Assembly: GCA_002269645.1 (NCBI GenBank)
Contig: NIVC01002259.1
Coordinates: forward strand, 124,988-188,987
Direction: 5' to 3'
DNA from: Macrostomum lignano
Taxonomy: Eukaryota
Length of the DNA stretch: 64,000 nucleotides
Shown: positions 54,001 to 64,000 of the stretch, piece by piece
How positions within the stretch are numbered: position 1 is the first letter of the stretch
Layout: the number at the start of each line of letters is the position of its first letter
Translations under genes and position numbers: made by a program
Notes under the pieces: model-generated
Seen by the model: the letters and a program-made list of their open reading frames with translations, nothing else
Databases searched by the model: none
What the model was told of the DNA's origin: nothing

Positions 54001-57000
54001 CTCGTTGGGCAAGGGAGAAAAATCGCAGGTAGCCTCCGACAAGGTCACCGTTGCCAGCCTGAGAGCGCCCGCCAACTTTTCCAGCGAAGAAGGTTTGAAA
54101 TTTCTTAAGGAATTGGCTTCGGTTTTGCACCACAGATACAGAAAAACAAGGTTGGGCCACTCAGCACATTTACTTAGTAAAACAGCTTTCTACTTTCAGC
54201 TCAGTAGCAAAGAAGAATGCATAAGCTGTTATAAAATTAAGACAGCTGAACTGAGTTTGATAAGTTTAGAAGCCCAAGCTTGCAGGCGTAAACAACTTGC
54301 TAATTGGTTCAGCAATAATGTACATTAGCTAGTCCACTGAAATATTACATGGCAGCTTTAGGCTGGAATTCCGAGAAAGGCAATAAAAATTGGGGTGCGC
54401 GGGGGGGTAGTAAGGAAAGGCGCGGTTGAAGGGTTTAAGCTGGGGGTAAGAGCTAATAAATGAGCCTTGGCTTTAAAAATACATTAAAATGCTTCTGTGT
54501 AAATTACTACTGAACTGAAAGTAGCTTACACGCAAATGTGCTGAGTGGCCCATCTAGTTATTCTAGTATCTGTAGTTTGCACTGTACCTGATTTTCTCGA
54601 TAGGAAATCGGATAAGATAGCACATAAGAAATTTATAACACAAAAACAGCTATATGTTCTACTACAAGTAGTTATACCTATAGAAAATAACAAACTCCCG
54701 TTTCTTTCTAACCAGACGGTGTCGGCACTTCGTCGAACAATGGAGGCGTCAACGTGCCCAGGGATCTGCTGGGCGCTGGTCTGGGAATTGGGGTGAGACG
54801 GACTTATATTGAGATACTGAGACGCTAAAAATAATATCAAGGCAATAGACACAATATGATACTAAAACTGAGCTACTGACACTTAGATACAATGATACTG
54901 ACACTAGTATACAGAAATACTGACACTTGGATACAATGATACTGACACTAGGATACAGAAATACTGACACTTGGATACAATGATACTGACACTAGTATAC
55001 AGAAATACTGACACTTGGTTACAATGATACTGACACTAGGATACAGAAATACTGACACTTGGTTACAATGATACTGACACTAGTATACAGAAATACTGAC
55101 ACTAGGATACAGATATACTGACAAGGATACAATGTATACAGAGATACTGCAACTAAAACAAAGATGCTGAAAGAAAGACATAAAGATACTGACCCTAAAA
55201 CACAAAGATACTGACAATAAGACACTGAGACGCTGAGACACAGAGACACTAATACGCTTCGAGTGTAAGACCCCAAAACTCTAAGGGACAATGACAATAA
55301 TGCACTGATACTATAGGGGGCACTGGGACACTAAAAAGATTAGTCAATGTATTACTCAAACCCAAGCGCTCAAGCACTGAGTCCACACCGCCAATAACCC
55401 ATTCCAGCTGCAGACATTCAAGAACAACCCGATCTGCCACGGCGACAGGGCTGTGAAGTCGCCTTTGACCTCAGTGACCATCAACAAGGTTGGCGGCGGC
55501 GAGGTGCCCACCAAAGGCGTAGCAAAGCCAATCTCCATCTTTATCAAGCGAGGAACTCGTAAGTGTCGATATTGTTCTATTTGTCCTCGAATATACTTTG
55601 GTCTTGGGGTATGAAAAATCTGAGTTCGAGTTAAAGGTATAAGAAACAATAAAGTAGAAATACGCCTGATCCGCTGTAAAGTGACCAGGTGTGACAGTCG
55701 CCGTTGCAATGGGCTGTTATGGCTAGCGACTCCCACCCTGTATCTCTGCCATAGCTCGGAGATATCAGCTGCTTGCTAACCACGGCTAACTCTGCTTAAG
55801 TCGCAGCACTGGCACTGAATGCGCTAATCAACTAGGTTAAAGGCAACCAAAACAAGGCTTAAATAAAATGTCATGACAAAAATGTCTGGTTTAATGCTGA
55901 CGATGAATACGATCTTAGACCATTTTCCGGAATCTTTAACTGGACCTGCAAGCCAGCTTCCGCCATCACATCGTTGCAGCCTTGCAGACCCGGCTGTACC
56001 CCATCAAGCACGACGATAAGGTGGGCAACTGCCACTGCGCCAACCTCACCCGGGACAACCAGACCCTCGGCATCAGCCTTCGCGACCTGAAAAACGACAC
56101 CTCAGTAACCGAAGTGAACTTCGCTATTTACCTGAACAACGGGTCCTGCCCGGAGCCCGAGGCGAACAATTTAACCTGGCTTACTTTCCTGCCCAGATCT
56201 ATCGAAGAGATTAAGGCCAACCTGAGCCAGTCGGACGCGGCCATGCTGAAAGGCCAGAGCGGGCTTCAGCTGCAGAACGAGCTGCAGAATACTTACATAT
56301 TCCCGGCTAACCTGACCAGCACTGCCGGGCTCTACTGCGTCTTTGTGACTCTGTCGCGTGAGTTGAGATCTACGCATTAGAAGGAGGCGTTCGGGCAAGA
56401 GAGAAAGTAGTAATGTGTAAAAACGATAATTACTCTTTTCAGAGGCAACGGTAAAATTCGATACATCCACGAAGCCGATTAACCCGAACACCGTGTACGA
56501 ATTTGCATTCTTTATTGACAACCCGGTGTACTTCGATGAAGAGAAGCAGAAATGGAAGACGGATGGAATTTCTGTGAGTGTCTGGCAGCACGTTGTATAA
56601 ACCTACAGCTCACTCCCGAAATATTTCCAATCGCTGATTGGCTGAATTTGGAAATATCTTTCTCTCCAACCCTCCTCATCGCTGATTGGCTGGATTTAGA
56701 AATATCTTTCTCTCCAACCCTCCTCATCGCTGATTAGCTGGATTTGGAAATATCATTCTCTCTAACCCTCCTCATCGCTGATTGGCTGGATTTGGAAATA
56801 TCATTCTCTCTAACCCTCCTCATCGCTGATTGGCTGGATTTGGAAATATCTTTCTCTCCAACCCTCCTCATCGCTGATTGGCTGGATTTGGAAGTATCTT
56901 TCACTTAAGCCCCCCCCTCTACTCTCTCAACCTTTCTTGGACATTGGCTTGTAAAAATCGCGACATTAAAAGTTACAATAAACAATAAATAATTAAACTA

Positions 57001-60000
57001 AGTAAAGTGTTATACTTTCAAATGATCTCCTTAGGTTGGCCAGCTGTCTTGCCCTTCGCAAATGCACCTGGAAGTGACTCACCTGACGTCATTTGCTAGT
57101 GACATGGTCGTACCGCCGAACACCATCGACTTTAACACGGTGTGGAGCAAGTTCAAAAACCTCAGCGAGAATGCCGCAGTATTCTCCACCGTGATCAGCA
57201 CGCTGATTCTGTACATCATCCTGATGATCTGGGGCCGCATCATGGATAAGAAGGACATCAAACGGTGGGGCGCCACCAACCTGCAGGACAATATTCCTAA
57301 CGACACCTACCACTACCAGATCTCCGTGATGACTGGCTACAGGAAGGGCTCTGGCACAAACTCGAAGGTCTATTTTATACTGTGCGGCGATAACGGCGAC
57401 ACTGGCATCCGCGAGCTGTCCGACGGCGATAGGAAGGTAAATCGGACGATTCTGCGTCAGTTTGCTTGGGTCAAGCAAGAAATTTACACTTACTGTTGCT
57501 ATTTCTGTTCACCCAGGGATTCCCTCGAGGCGAGGTGTACAACTTCATCATGTCCACGGAGAGCTCGCTCGGCTCTCTGACCTTCTTGCGGATCTGGCAC
57601 GACAACTCCGGCAAAGGAAAGGAGAAATCCTGGTACTTGGACCAGGTGGTCATCAATGACCTGCAGACGGGTGAAAAGTATGTGGTGACTTGGCTTGTTT
57701 GACCCAACTCGTTTGAATGTGTAAATCGATTTCAAAACTCTCCATGCTGAGTGACCACCCCCGCCTCGTCAGTAGCTCAAATTCCTACCCCCTCATGACC
57801 CCCACCCCACGCCCCGCCTTGTCATTGGCTTAAATTCCTTCCCCCATTTCTCACGACCCCCACCCCACGCCCGTCTACTCATTGGGTGAAATTCCTATTC
57901 CCTCGTGATCAAAACCCCACACAATTTTTCCTAAGCCTAATTCCTACTTCTAAACACAAAATCAGGTCGTTTTTCCTGTGCAACAACTGGCTGGCTGTTG
58001 AGGAGGGCGACGGCCAGGTGGAGCGCATTCTGCCTGTCTCCGGACTCGCCGACCTTGTCGCATTCAAGCAGCTCTTCTCCAGCTTTGTGCAGCGTAAACT
58101 CCGCAACGAGCACCTGTGGTTCAGCATCTTCTCCAGGCCGACAAGGAGCGCCTTCACCCGAGTGCAGCGCATCTCCTGCTGTCTGTCGCTCCTGTTCCTA
58201 ACCATGATTACCAACGCCATGTTCTTTAAGTCGTCTGACAACCTGGAGAAACGGACTGGCATAACCATTGGTAAGTGTGCCTACTGTCCTTGGTTTATTT
58301 CACTAGGATTAATATTAACCCTTCATTCATATTACTTGCAAGTAGGAATGCCAAGCCTTTAATTTCTTTATATAGATACTAGATAGTGAAGCCTTGATAA
58401 GTTTCTTTCTTAATACTGAACAAGTGCCGCAGTCCACGTTGAACACATGAAAACTCTGATCTTGACAATGGAATGGTAAAAAATCTTGACTGTCGTAAAT
58501 TTTGTAAAGTAAAATTTTCACCAACACTTGTCTAGGTCCGATTACATTCACTCTGGACCAGCTGTTCATCTCCGTGGTGTCCACCCTGATCGTGTTCCCG
58601 CCGTCGATCATTATCATCACTTTCTTCAAAAAGTGCAAAGCCAAGGCTGCTGGCAACAAGGTGCTGCAGGCTAATCAGGACCTGAGCACAAAGTCCAGCA
58701 AGTACACCTGGCGCTCGGTCGGTCGCAGCACGGAGCTCTTCAACATCGCCGAGGAGGGCCAGGCCAGCGGCAGCTCGGCCGCCGGCTGGGACGGAGACGT
58801 TGATGTCAGCAACAAGAAGACCAACCGAGTCTGGGAGAGCCTCCGGAACATGCTCAGCTTCCAGTCTGGCCGGAAGGAGACCCGGGTAGAGGACCCGGAG
58901 CTGAAGAAGAGCAAGCCGTTCCTATTCCCGCACTGGTGCATCTACATCGCCTGGGTGCTCGTCTTCTTGAGCGTGTTCGGCTCGGCCTTCTTTGTCATCC
59001 TCTACAGGTGAGGGTTTTTTGCTTGAATAATGCACAGCTTCTGTTGACTACTCGCAACTGTGCTCTCCCCTGCTTCCCCACCCAGCATGGAATGGGGCCG
59101 AGACAAATCGAACGACTGGCTGCTGACATTCCTGATGTCGTTCTTACAAAACGTCGTTGTGGTCCAGCCGCTGAAGGTCCTTCTACTGGCTGCCGTGATC
59201 TCCATGATAATCAAGAGGCCCGATATGGACGATGAGGAAGACGCTTTTGATGACGCCATGCTGAAGCAAGACGAGGAGCTGCTGCAGAAGAAAGAGGTGC
59301 GTGTTGGATTTTTCAATTGCAGGCCTCATCTTCAATAAGACTGTTTATAAATAAGCTTTTGTTTTAGCCAATCAGCGATTAGGAGGGTCGAGGGCGAGAG
59401 ATTTTTGCTTAGCCAATCAGTGACTTGCAGGGGAGAGGGAGAGAGAGCTATTGGTTAGCCAATCAGCGATTGGGAGGGTCAAGTAAGTTGCGGTAGAACA
59501 GTTTTGTCACTGACCAAAGATGTCAAATAAAGACTGTCCGCCGCTCCCTCTACAGGTGGACATCCAGCAGATCATGCTGCAGCGCCGGACCGCCCGCGAG
59601 GACCTGTGCGTCCCCAACCAGGAGAAGCTGGCCGAAATTCGCGAAACTCGCATGAAGGAGATCAAAATGGAAAGCATTATCAAGGAGATGCTGGCCTATT
59701 CAATCTTTGTACTGGTTGTGTTTTTCATCTCTTATCAGACTCGCAGCATTAATTCCTACAAACTGGGCGACGTGATGCGAAACACCTTTACGAATAGCTT
59801 CGACAATTCCATCCAAAGCTACCAGGCATTCTACGACTACCTGAACAACACCCTGGTGCCTAAAATGTACGCTGGAGACTTCCCGGATGGGGTGAGTTCA
59901 GTCACTTCAGTGCCATCAATTATCTTATATTATTAGGCTCTGCTTCTCTGCATAATCGTTTACGAAGATTCTATTATGCGTAAACAAGGTCGGAGTCCTT

Positions 60001-63000
60001 GCCAAAGGGATAGATAAAGGTTTTTAGCTTAACCGAAAAGGATAAATTAATAGCCAATCAGCGTCTAGCACAGGAGAGAGAAAGAACGTTTTTGGTTTAA
60101 CCAGTCAGCGACTAGCTGCAGGAGAGGGAGAGAAAGTTTTGGTTTAACCAATCAGTTACTAGCAGGAGAGTTGGAAGGAGAGTTTTTGGTTTGGCCAACA
60201 GCGGAGTTCTCGGGATAAAATAGGCAAGCATGCCGTCGCTCCCGCAGACGGTGGCTACCTGGCGCGAGAAGATGGCCATCAACGACGGCAGCCGGGGCAT
60301 CTTCCGCGTCGGCGTGCCCCGCCTGCGCCAGTTCCGCATCAAGGACAACACCTGCCGACCGCCGGCCGTGTTCGACGCCATCATTGACAAGTCCTGCCGA
60401 GGCGGCTACAGCTGGCTGGATGACGATACGGCGCCGTACGAACCGATGTGGGAACCGATGGAGCAGGACAAGTGGGCCTGGCAGAAGAAGAACGACACCT
60501 ACAATACGCCTTTTGTGTACAGCTCCTCCTTTAAGCTGAAGGGTGAGTCACTCTTATGTTTAGCTGATTTATGGATAAATTTTCCAGTGTCTGTAAAACT
60601 CTGTGAATTCACCTGTCTCTTATAACCCAATCGCAGTTTCTCAGCAGTATATTGAAAATTCTATCATTTTTGGACTTTAAAAATATCAATGGTTCTCAAA
60701 TTCCATTCGAGTCCAGTGATTGGTTACTGACCTTGAGCTCATCACCCTCCAACTCCCATCGGTCGGACAGGCCTGCCCTTCATAGCCCAGGTGAACACTT
60801 ACAAAGGCGGCGGTTACGTGTTCAACTTCCCGCGTACTGTGGAGGAGGTCCGGACTAAACTGGAGGAAATTTACGAACAGAACTGGCTGGACACACGCAC
60901 GAGAGCTGTGTTTATCGAGTTCACCGTGTACAATGCTCCGTCCAACCTGTTCGCCTCCGTTATCATGGTGGCCGAGTTCATGCAGACTGGCAGCGCATTC
61001 ACCTATTCAGAAGTGAAGGTAAGATTTTATGTCAAGTTCCCTTAGAAAGTACATTATGAGGGCGTTACTCTAGAGTTCGATTCATAGACAACTGAAGTGG
61101 CAGGACGCGACGCTGGAGCTGGAGACCGTTACGGAACAGTGTATTTCAATCGAATTTGTCTATGGCAAAACCCCATTCAGCGCTATGTGTTCTCTTATCG
61201 GCCAGCAGCTCATTTCTAAGAAAACCTATTGTAGCTTCCGCCTCCAGCTCATTTCTAAGAAAACCGAGTGTAGCCTCCGCCTCCAGCTCATTTCTAAGAA
61301 AACCGATTGTAGCCTCCGCCTCCAGCTCATTTCTAAGAAAACGAGTACAGCCTCCGCCTCCAGCTCATTTCTAAGAAAACCGATTGTAGCTTCCTTCTAC
61401 TTCAGTTGTCTATGGTTCGATTCTCGTGCGCAGCCAAATTAATTTGAAGTTTGTGAATGAAAATTAATCTGTGGCTTTTGTAATTCTCGACCATGATGTT
61501 TATAACGTCAGGGCCGCTGTGCACCCTGTGTGAGCGCGTGTCAGCCGAATGGGCATGAGTGCGTGCCTCCTGGCTGGCTGCGAGTCCACTACGAACCAAT
61601 TCATATTTTTTCCGGTGTAAAATTCTCACGTACAAATATCTTTGTTCCCCCTCCCTGTGGCCAGGTGTTCCGCCTGTTCTCCTACGTTGGTAGCTTCGGC
61701 GCGATCGTGCTGTTCATGGAGATCGTATTCGCCCTGTTCGTGCTGTACTTCAGCATCAGGGAAGGCCTGCTGATCAAGCGAGAGCGCTGCGCCTACTTCT
61801 CCGGCTTCTGGAACATCCTGGAGTTCGCGACTCTGTGCATCACCGTCACTGCGGTGGTGATGTACGGCTTCAAGAAGATCTTGGCCAACATCGCCATGGG
61901 GGCGCTGGCCAACGCCAAGTCCTCCGACTATGTGAACTTCGGCTCGCTGGCCAGCTACGACGAGCTGTACACCTACATGGTGGGCATCGTGGTGTTCATC
62001 AGCACCGTGAAGTTCATCAAGATTCTGCGCTTCAACCGCCGAATGGGCATGCTGGGCGCCACCATCAAGCTGGCCTACAAGGATCTGCGCTCCTTTGTGT
62101 TCATGTTCGTCATCTACTTTGTGGCCTTCTGCTCCGCTGCCTACCTGATCTTCGGCACTAAGCTGCAGAACTATCGCTCCTTCTACGGCACACTGGGAGC
62201 GCTGTTCTCCATGGCTCTGGGAGTGTTCCAGTTCAAGGTGGGCAGCTCTGCTCTGATCTGCTTTACTGTCGGCTGTATTGCATTACAGATTGAGTACATT
62301 TTAAAGCCTTCCTTAATTCGTCTACTCTAACTCGGCTCTACTCAAGTCTTATTTATTAGATTTCACTATAATCTACTCTACTCCAGTGTGGTCTAGTCTA
62401 GTCTATTCTACTCTACTCTACTCTACTCTACTCTACTCTACTCTACTCTACTCTACTCTACTCTAATCCAAGATGTATATTCTATTCCACAGTCTACTTA
62501 TTCTATTTCGCTGTCTACTCTTAACTGTACAAGAATGTAATGCATTCTACTCTAATGATCTATCTATCTATCTATTCTGATCTATTTGTCTACTTTGTCT
62601 AATCTTCTTAAATTTGTCCGAATCTCCGTAACTCATCAGTTGCATGCTTGATTGCAAGGTCCAGCCACAGATACTAGAATGACTAGATGGGCCACTCAGG
62701 CATATACTTAGTAAAACAGCTTTCTACTTTCAGTTCAGTAGCAAAGAAGAATACATAAGCTACTTTATAAAAATAAAGGCAGCTAAAATGACTTTGATAA
62801 GTTTAGAAGCCCAAGCTTGCAGGCGTAAACAGCTTGCTAATTGGTTCAGCAATAATGTACATTAGCCAGTTAACTGAAATGTACATGGCTGGAATTCCGA
62901 GAAAGACAAATAAAAGTTGGGGTGCGCGGGGCTAGTATGGAATGGCGCGGTCGGAGGGTTTAAGCTGGGGGTCAAGAGCCAATAAATGAGAATTGGGTTT

Positions 63001-63395
63001 AAAAATACATTAAAATGCTTCTGTTTAACTTACTACTGAACTGAAAGTAGCTTGCACACAAATGTACTGAGTGGCCCATCTAGTTATTCTAGTATCTGTG
63101 GGTACAGGGTGTACTTAGTTTCAAACTGCATCCGTACCAATATCCACCTGAAATTGCTTATTTAGTTGCTAAGCATTTCACCGCCACACCGCAGGACCTG
63201 GTCGCCGTGAGCTCTCTACTAGGCCACTGTTTTCTTCTCCTTCATCTGCCTGGTGACATTCGGCCTGCTGGGCATCTTCCTCACCATCATCAACGACTCG
63301 TTCGCCGTGGTCAAGGCCAACGCCAGCCTGCAGGGCAACGAATACGAGCTGGTTGAATTCATGACCAAACGGGTCAGGCAGCTGTTCGGCTGCAG
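35927..63395 (+). CDS. Polycystin-1-like (PKD1L/REJ family) receptor-channel, 26 exons in the window, about 2860 aa, C-terminus beyond or after the last exon seen
   Basis: Exons: 35927-35972, 36092-36316, 37169-37314, 37815-38049, 38724-38883, 47048-47529, 48025-50552, 50629-50787, 51835-51925, 52572-52848, 53734-53863, 53948-54092, 54716-54792, 55408-55558, 55980-56357, 56443-56573, 57035-57436, 57517-57677, 57966-58270, 58536-59007, 59086-59296, 59556-59891, 60224-60542, 60771-61018, 61665-62237, 63195-63395. All are GT-AG with matching phases. Motifs: signal peptide; LamG-like ([17 protein letters not shown]); WSC-like ([19 protein letters not shown]); PKD ([15 protein letters not shown]); REJ ([16 protein letters not shown]); GPS ([13 protein letters not shown]); TM1; PLAT ([31 protein letters not shown]); polycystin channel ([43 protein letters not shown]). 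Confidence 0.95.
36345..37105. repeat. Minisatellite (GGGTGGACTCTCAGTGGGACT, with or without GTGTCACT)n in polycystin intron 2
   Basis: Direct reading; same core as 31663-32278 in the opposite orientation. Confidence 0.96.
37330..37790. repeat. 18-bp minisatellite (ATTCCAACCCGAACCCGA)n in polycystin intron 3
   Basis: Direct reading. Confidence 0.97.
38250..38716. repeat. About 36-42-bp minisatellite (CCTTCAGGACCCTCAGGAACCTCGGGGCGGTCAATA)n in polycystin intron 4
   Basis: Direct reading. Confidence 0.93.
38890..39085. repeat. (AG)n microsatellite
   Basis: Direct reading. Confidence 0.98.
39129..41326 (+). mobile_element. Non-autonomous Helitron, unit 1 (2.2 kb)
   Basis: A|TCCCATATACTAAAAATG 5' end; AAAAATGGCTTAACCAATTTT motif; 3' hairpin GCTCCCC-AAC-GGGGGGC then GTAGATTGCTAG. 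Confidence 0.85.
42022..43900. repeat. 24-bp two-variant minisatellite (CCAAGGATTATTGCTATTAATAAA / CCAAGGATTACTGCACTCGATAAG)n inside Helitron unit 2
   Basis: Direct reading. Confidence 0.97.
44300..45555. repeat. 23-24-bp minisatellite (GAAGCGTCATGTAAACAATCATA)n inside Helitron unit 2; shorter version at 39745-40125 in unit 1
   Basis: Direct reading. Confidence 0.97.
46516..46555 (+). repeat. Interstitial (TTAGGG)6 array; degenerate counterpart at 41032-41096
   Basis: Direct reading, at the homologous position in both Helitron units. Confidence 0.95.
50951..51333 (-). mobile_element. MITE family M, copy b (reverse orientation, eroded ends)
   Basis: GATGGGCCACTCA...TGAGTGGCCCATC with the body reverse-complementary to the other copies. 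Confidence 0.8.
51355..51590 (+). mobile_element. tRNA-derived SINE, family A, copy 3 (5' truncated)
   Basis: B box GATTCGAATCCCG and body collinear with 29525-29785. Confidence 0.85.
52045..52496 (+). mobile_element. MITE family M, copy c
   Basis: Body collinear with copies a, d and e; outer TIRs degraded. Confidence 0.82.
52938..53468. mobile_element. Foldback-like non-autonomous DNA element with a 16-bp internal repeat and an about 8-bp TSD
   Basis: GGGGTCGCCATCA.. left end with ATCACAAACCCGAAAT motifs inverted relative to the (GATGTTTCGGTTTTGT)n array at 53040-53455; flanks CCTTGCCA / CCTTGCTA (7/8 match). Confidence 0.65.
54130..54575 (+). mobile_element. MITE family M, copy d
   Basis: CCACAGATAC...GTATCTGTAG with exact TSD TTTGCA (54124-54129, 54576-54581). 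Confidence 0.88.
54850..55140. repeat. About 44-bp minisatellite (GATACAATGATACTGACACTAGTATACAGAAATACTGACACTTG)n
   Basis: Direct reading. Confidence 0.9.
56622..56895. repeat. 48-bp minisatellite (ATCGCTGATTGGCTGGATTTGGAAATATCTTTCTCTCCAACCCTCCTC)n
   Basis: About 5.5 units read directly. Confidence 0.93.
61200..61395. repeat. About 39-bp tandem repeat (CCGCCTCCAGCTCATTTCTAAGAAAACCGATTGTAGCCT)n
   Basis: Direct reading. Confidence 0.92.
62665..63101 (+). mobile_element. MITE family M, copy e
   Basis: Best-preserved TIRs CCACAGATACTAGAATGACTAGATGGGCCACTCAG / CTGAGTGGCCCATCTAGTTATTCTAGTATCTGTGG; TSD GTCCAG/GTACAG (5/6 match). Confidence 0.9.
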
Positions 63396-63509
63396 GTGAG
63401 CCATTCTGCAACTGCTCGATATTGATTCACTTTGCTTTAACACAGCAACAGCAGGGTGTGCTGTCATTAGAGATAAAGAAGCGGTTCTTGTTGCAAGGGC
63501 ATCCATCCA

Positions 63510-64000
63510 CTGTTCCCCTGACCCCTGTTCCCCTGTCCCCGTGTTCCCCTGTTCCCCTGTTCCCCTGTTTCCCTGTTTCCCTGTTCATCTGTCCCCCTGT
63601 TCCCTGTTCCCCTTGTTCCCCTGTTCCCATGTTCCCCTGTTGCCCTTTCCCTGTCCCCCTGTCCCCGTGTTCCCCTGTTCCCCTGTTCCCCTGTCCCCCT
63701 GTCCCCCTGTTCCCCTGTTCCCCTGTTTCCATGTTCCCCTGTCCCCTGTTCCCCTGTTCATCTGTTCCCTGTTCCCTGTTCCCCTGTTCATCTGTTCCCC
63801 TGTTCTGTTCCCTGTTCCCCTGTTCATCTGTTCCTGTTCCCTGTTCGCCCTGTTCATCTGTTCCCTGTTTTCCATGTTCCCCTGTTCCCATGTTCCCCTG
63901 TTCCCTGTTACCTGTTCCCCTGTTCCCCTGTTCCCTGTTACCCTGTTCCCCCTGTTACCCTGTTCCCCTGTTCCCTTTCCCCTGTTCCCCTGTTCCCCTG
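63510..64000. repeat. (CCCCTGTT)n-type pyrimidine-rich repeat running off the window end
   Basis: Direct reading. Confidence 0.97.

Noticed and set aside
53645-54328. 227-aa ORF as a separate gene
   Set aside because: It is a chance read-through of two polycystin exons, their introns and a MITE.

Overview
Eukaryotic (metazoan) genomic DNA: GC-rich exons separated by AT-rich introns and spacers packed with micro/minisatellites and non-autonomous transposons. The style (Ala/Gly-rich exons, minisatellite-filled introns, TTAGGG, TTTCAG acceptors just before start codons) suggests a free-living flatworm such as Macrostomum, but that is inference only. Gene models built by hand, with splice phases checked: a small secreted prepropeptide-like gene (+, 2625-4627); GPKOW/Spp2 (-, 9941-12294); a 3-finger C2H2 zinc-finger exon (+, 22407-24008); a 7-exon coiled-coil gene (+, 28933-32427) containing a U12-type AT-AC intron; a small TM plus coiled-coil orphan (-, 33864-34388); and a 26-exon, about 2860-aa polycystin-1-like gene (+, 35927 to beyond 63395; LamG-like, WSC, PKD, REJ, GAIN/GPS, PLAT, 11 TM). 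Mobile DNA includes a head-to-tail dimer of non-autonomous Helitrons (39129-46904), a MITE family with 6-bp TSDs (5 copies), a mariner-derived palindromic MITE, two 8-bp-TSD foldback elements, two tRNA-derived SINE families and an RTE LINE remnant. Best leads: the AT-AC minor intron, the Helitron dimer with stacked decayed terminators and TTAGGG cargo, the cysteine-free GPS of the polycystin, the 6-bp-TSD MITE and the candidate neuropeptide precursor. No prokaryotic-type systems, CRISPR arrays or true rRNA/tRNA genes were seen. Most long ORFs in the supplied track are artefacts of tandem repeats.
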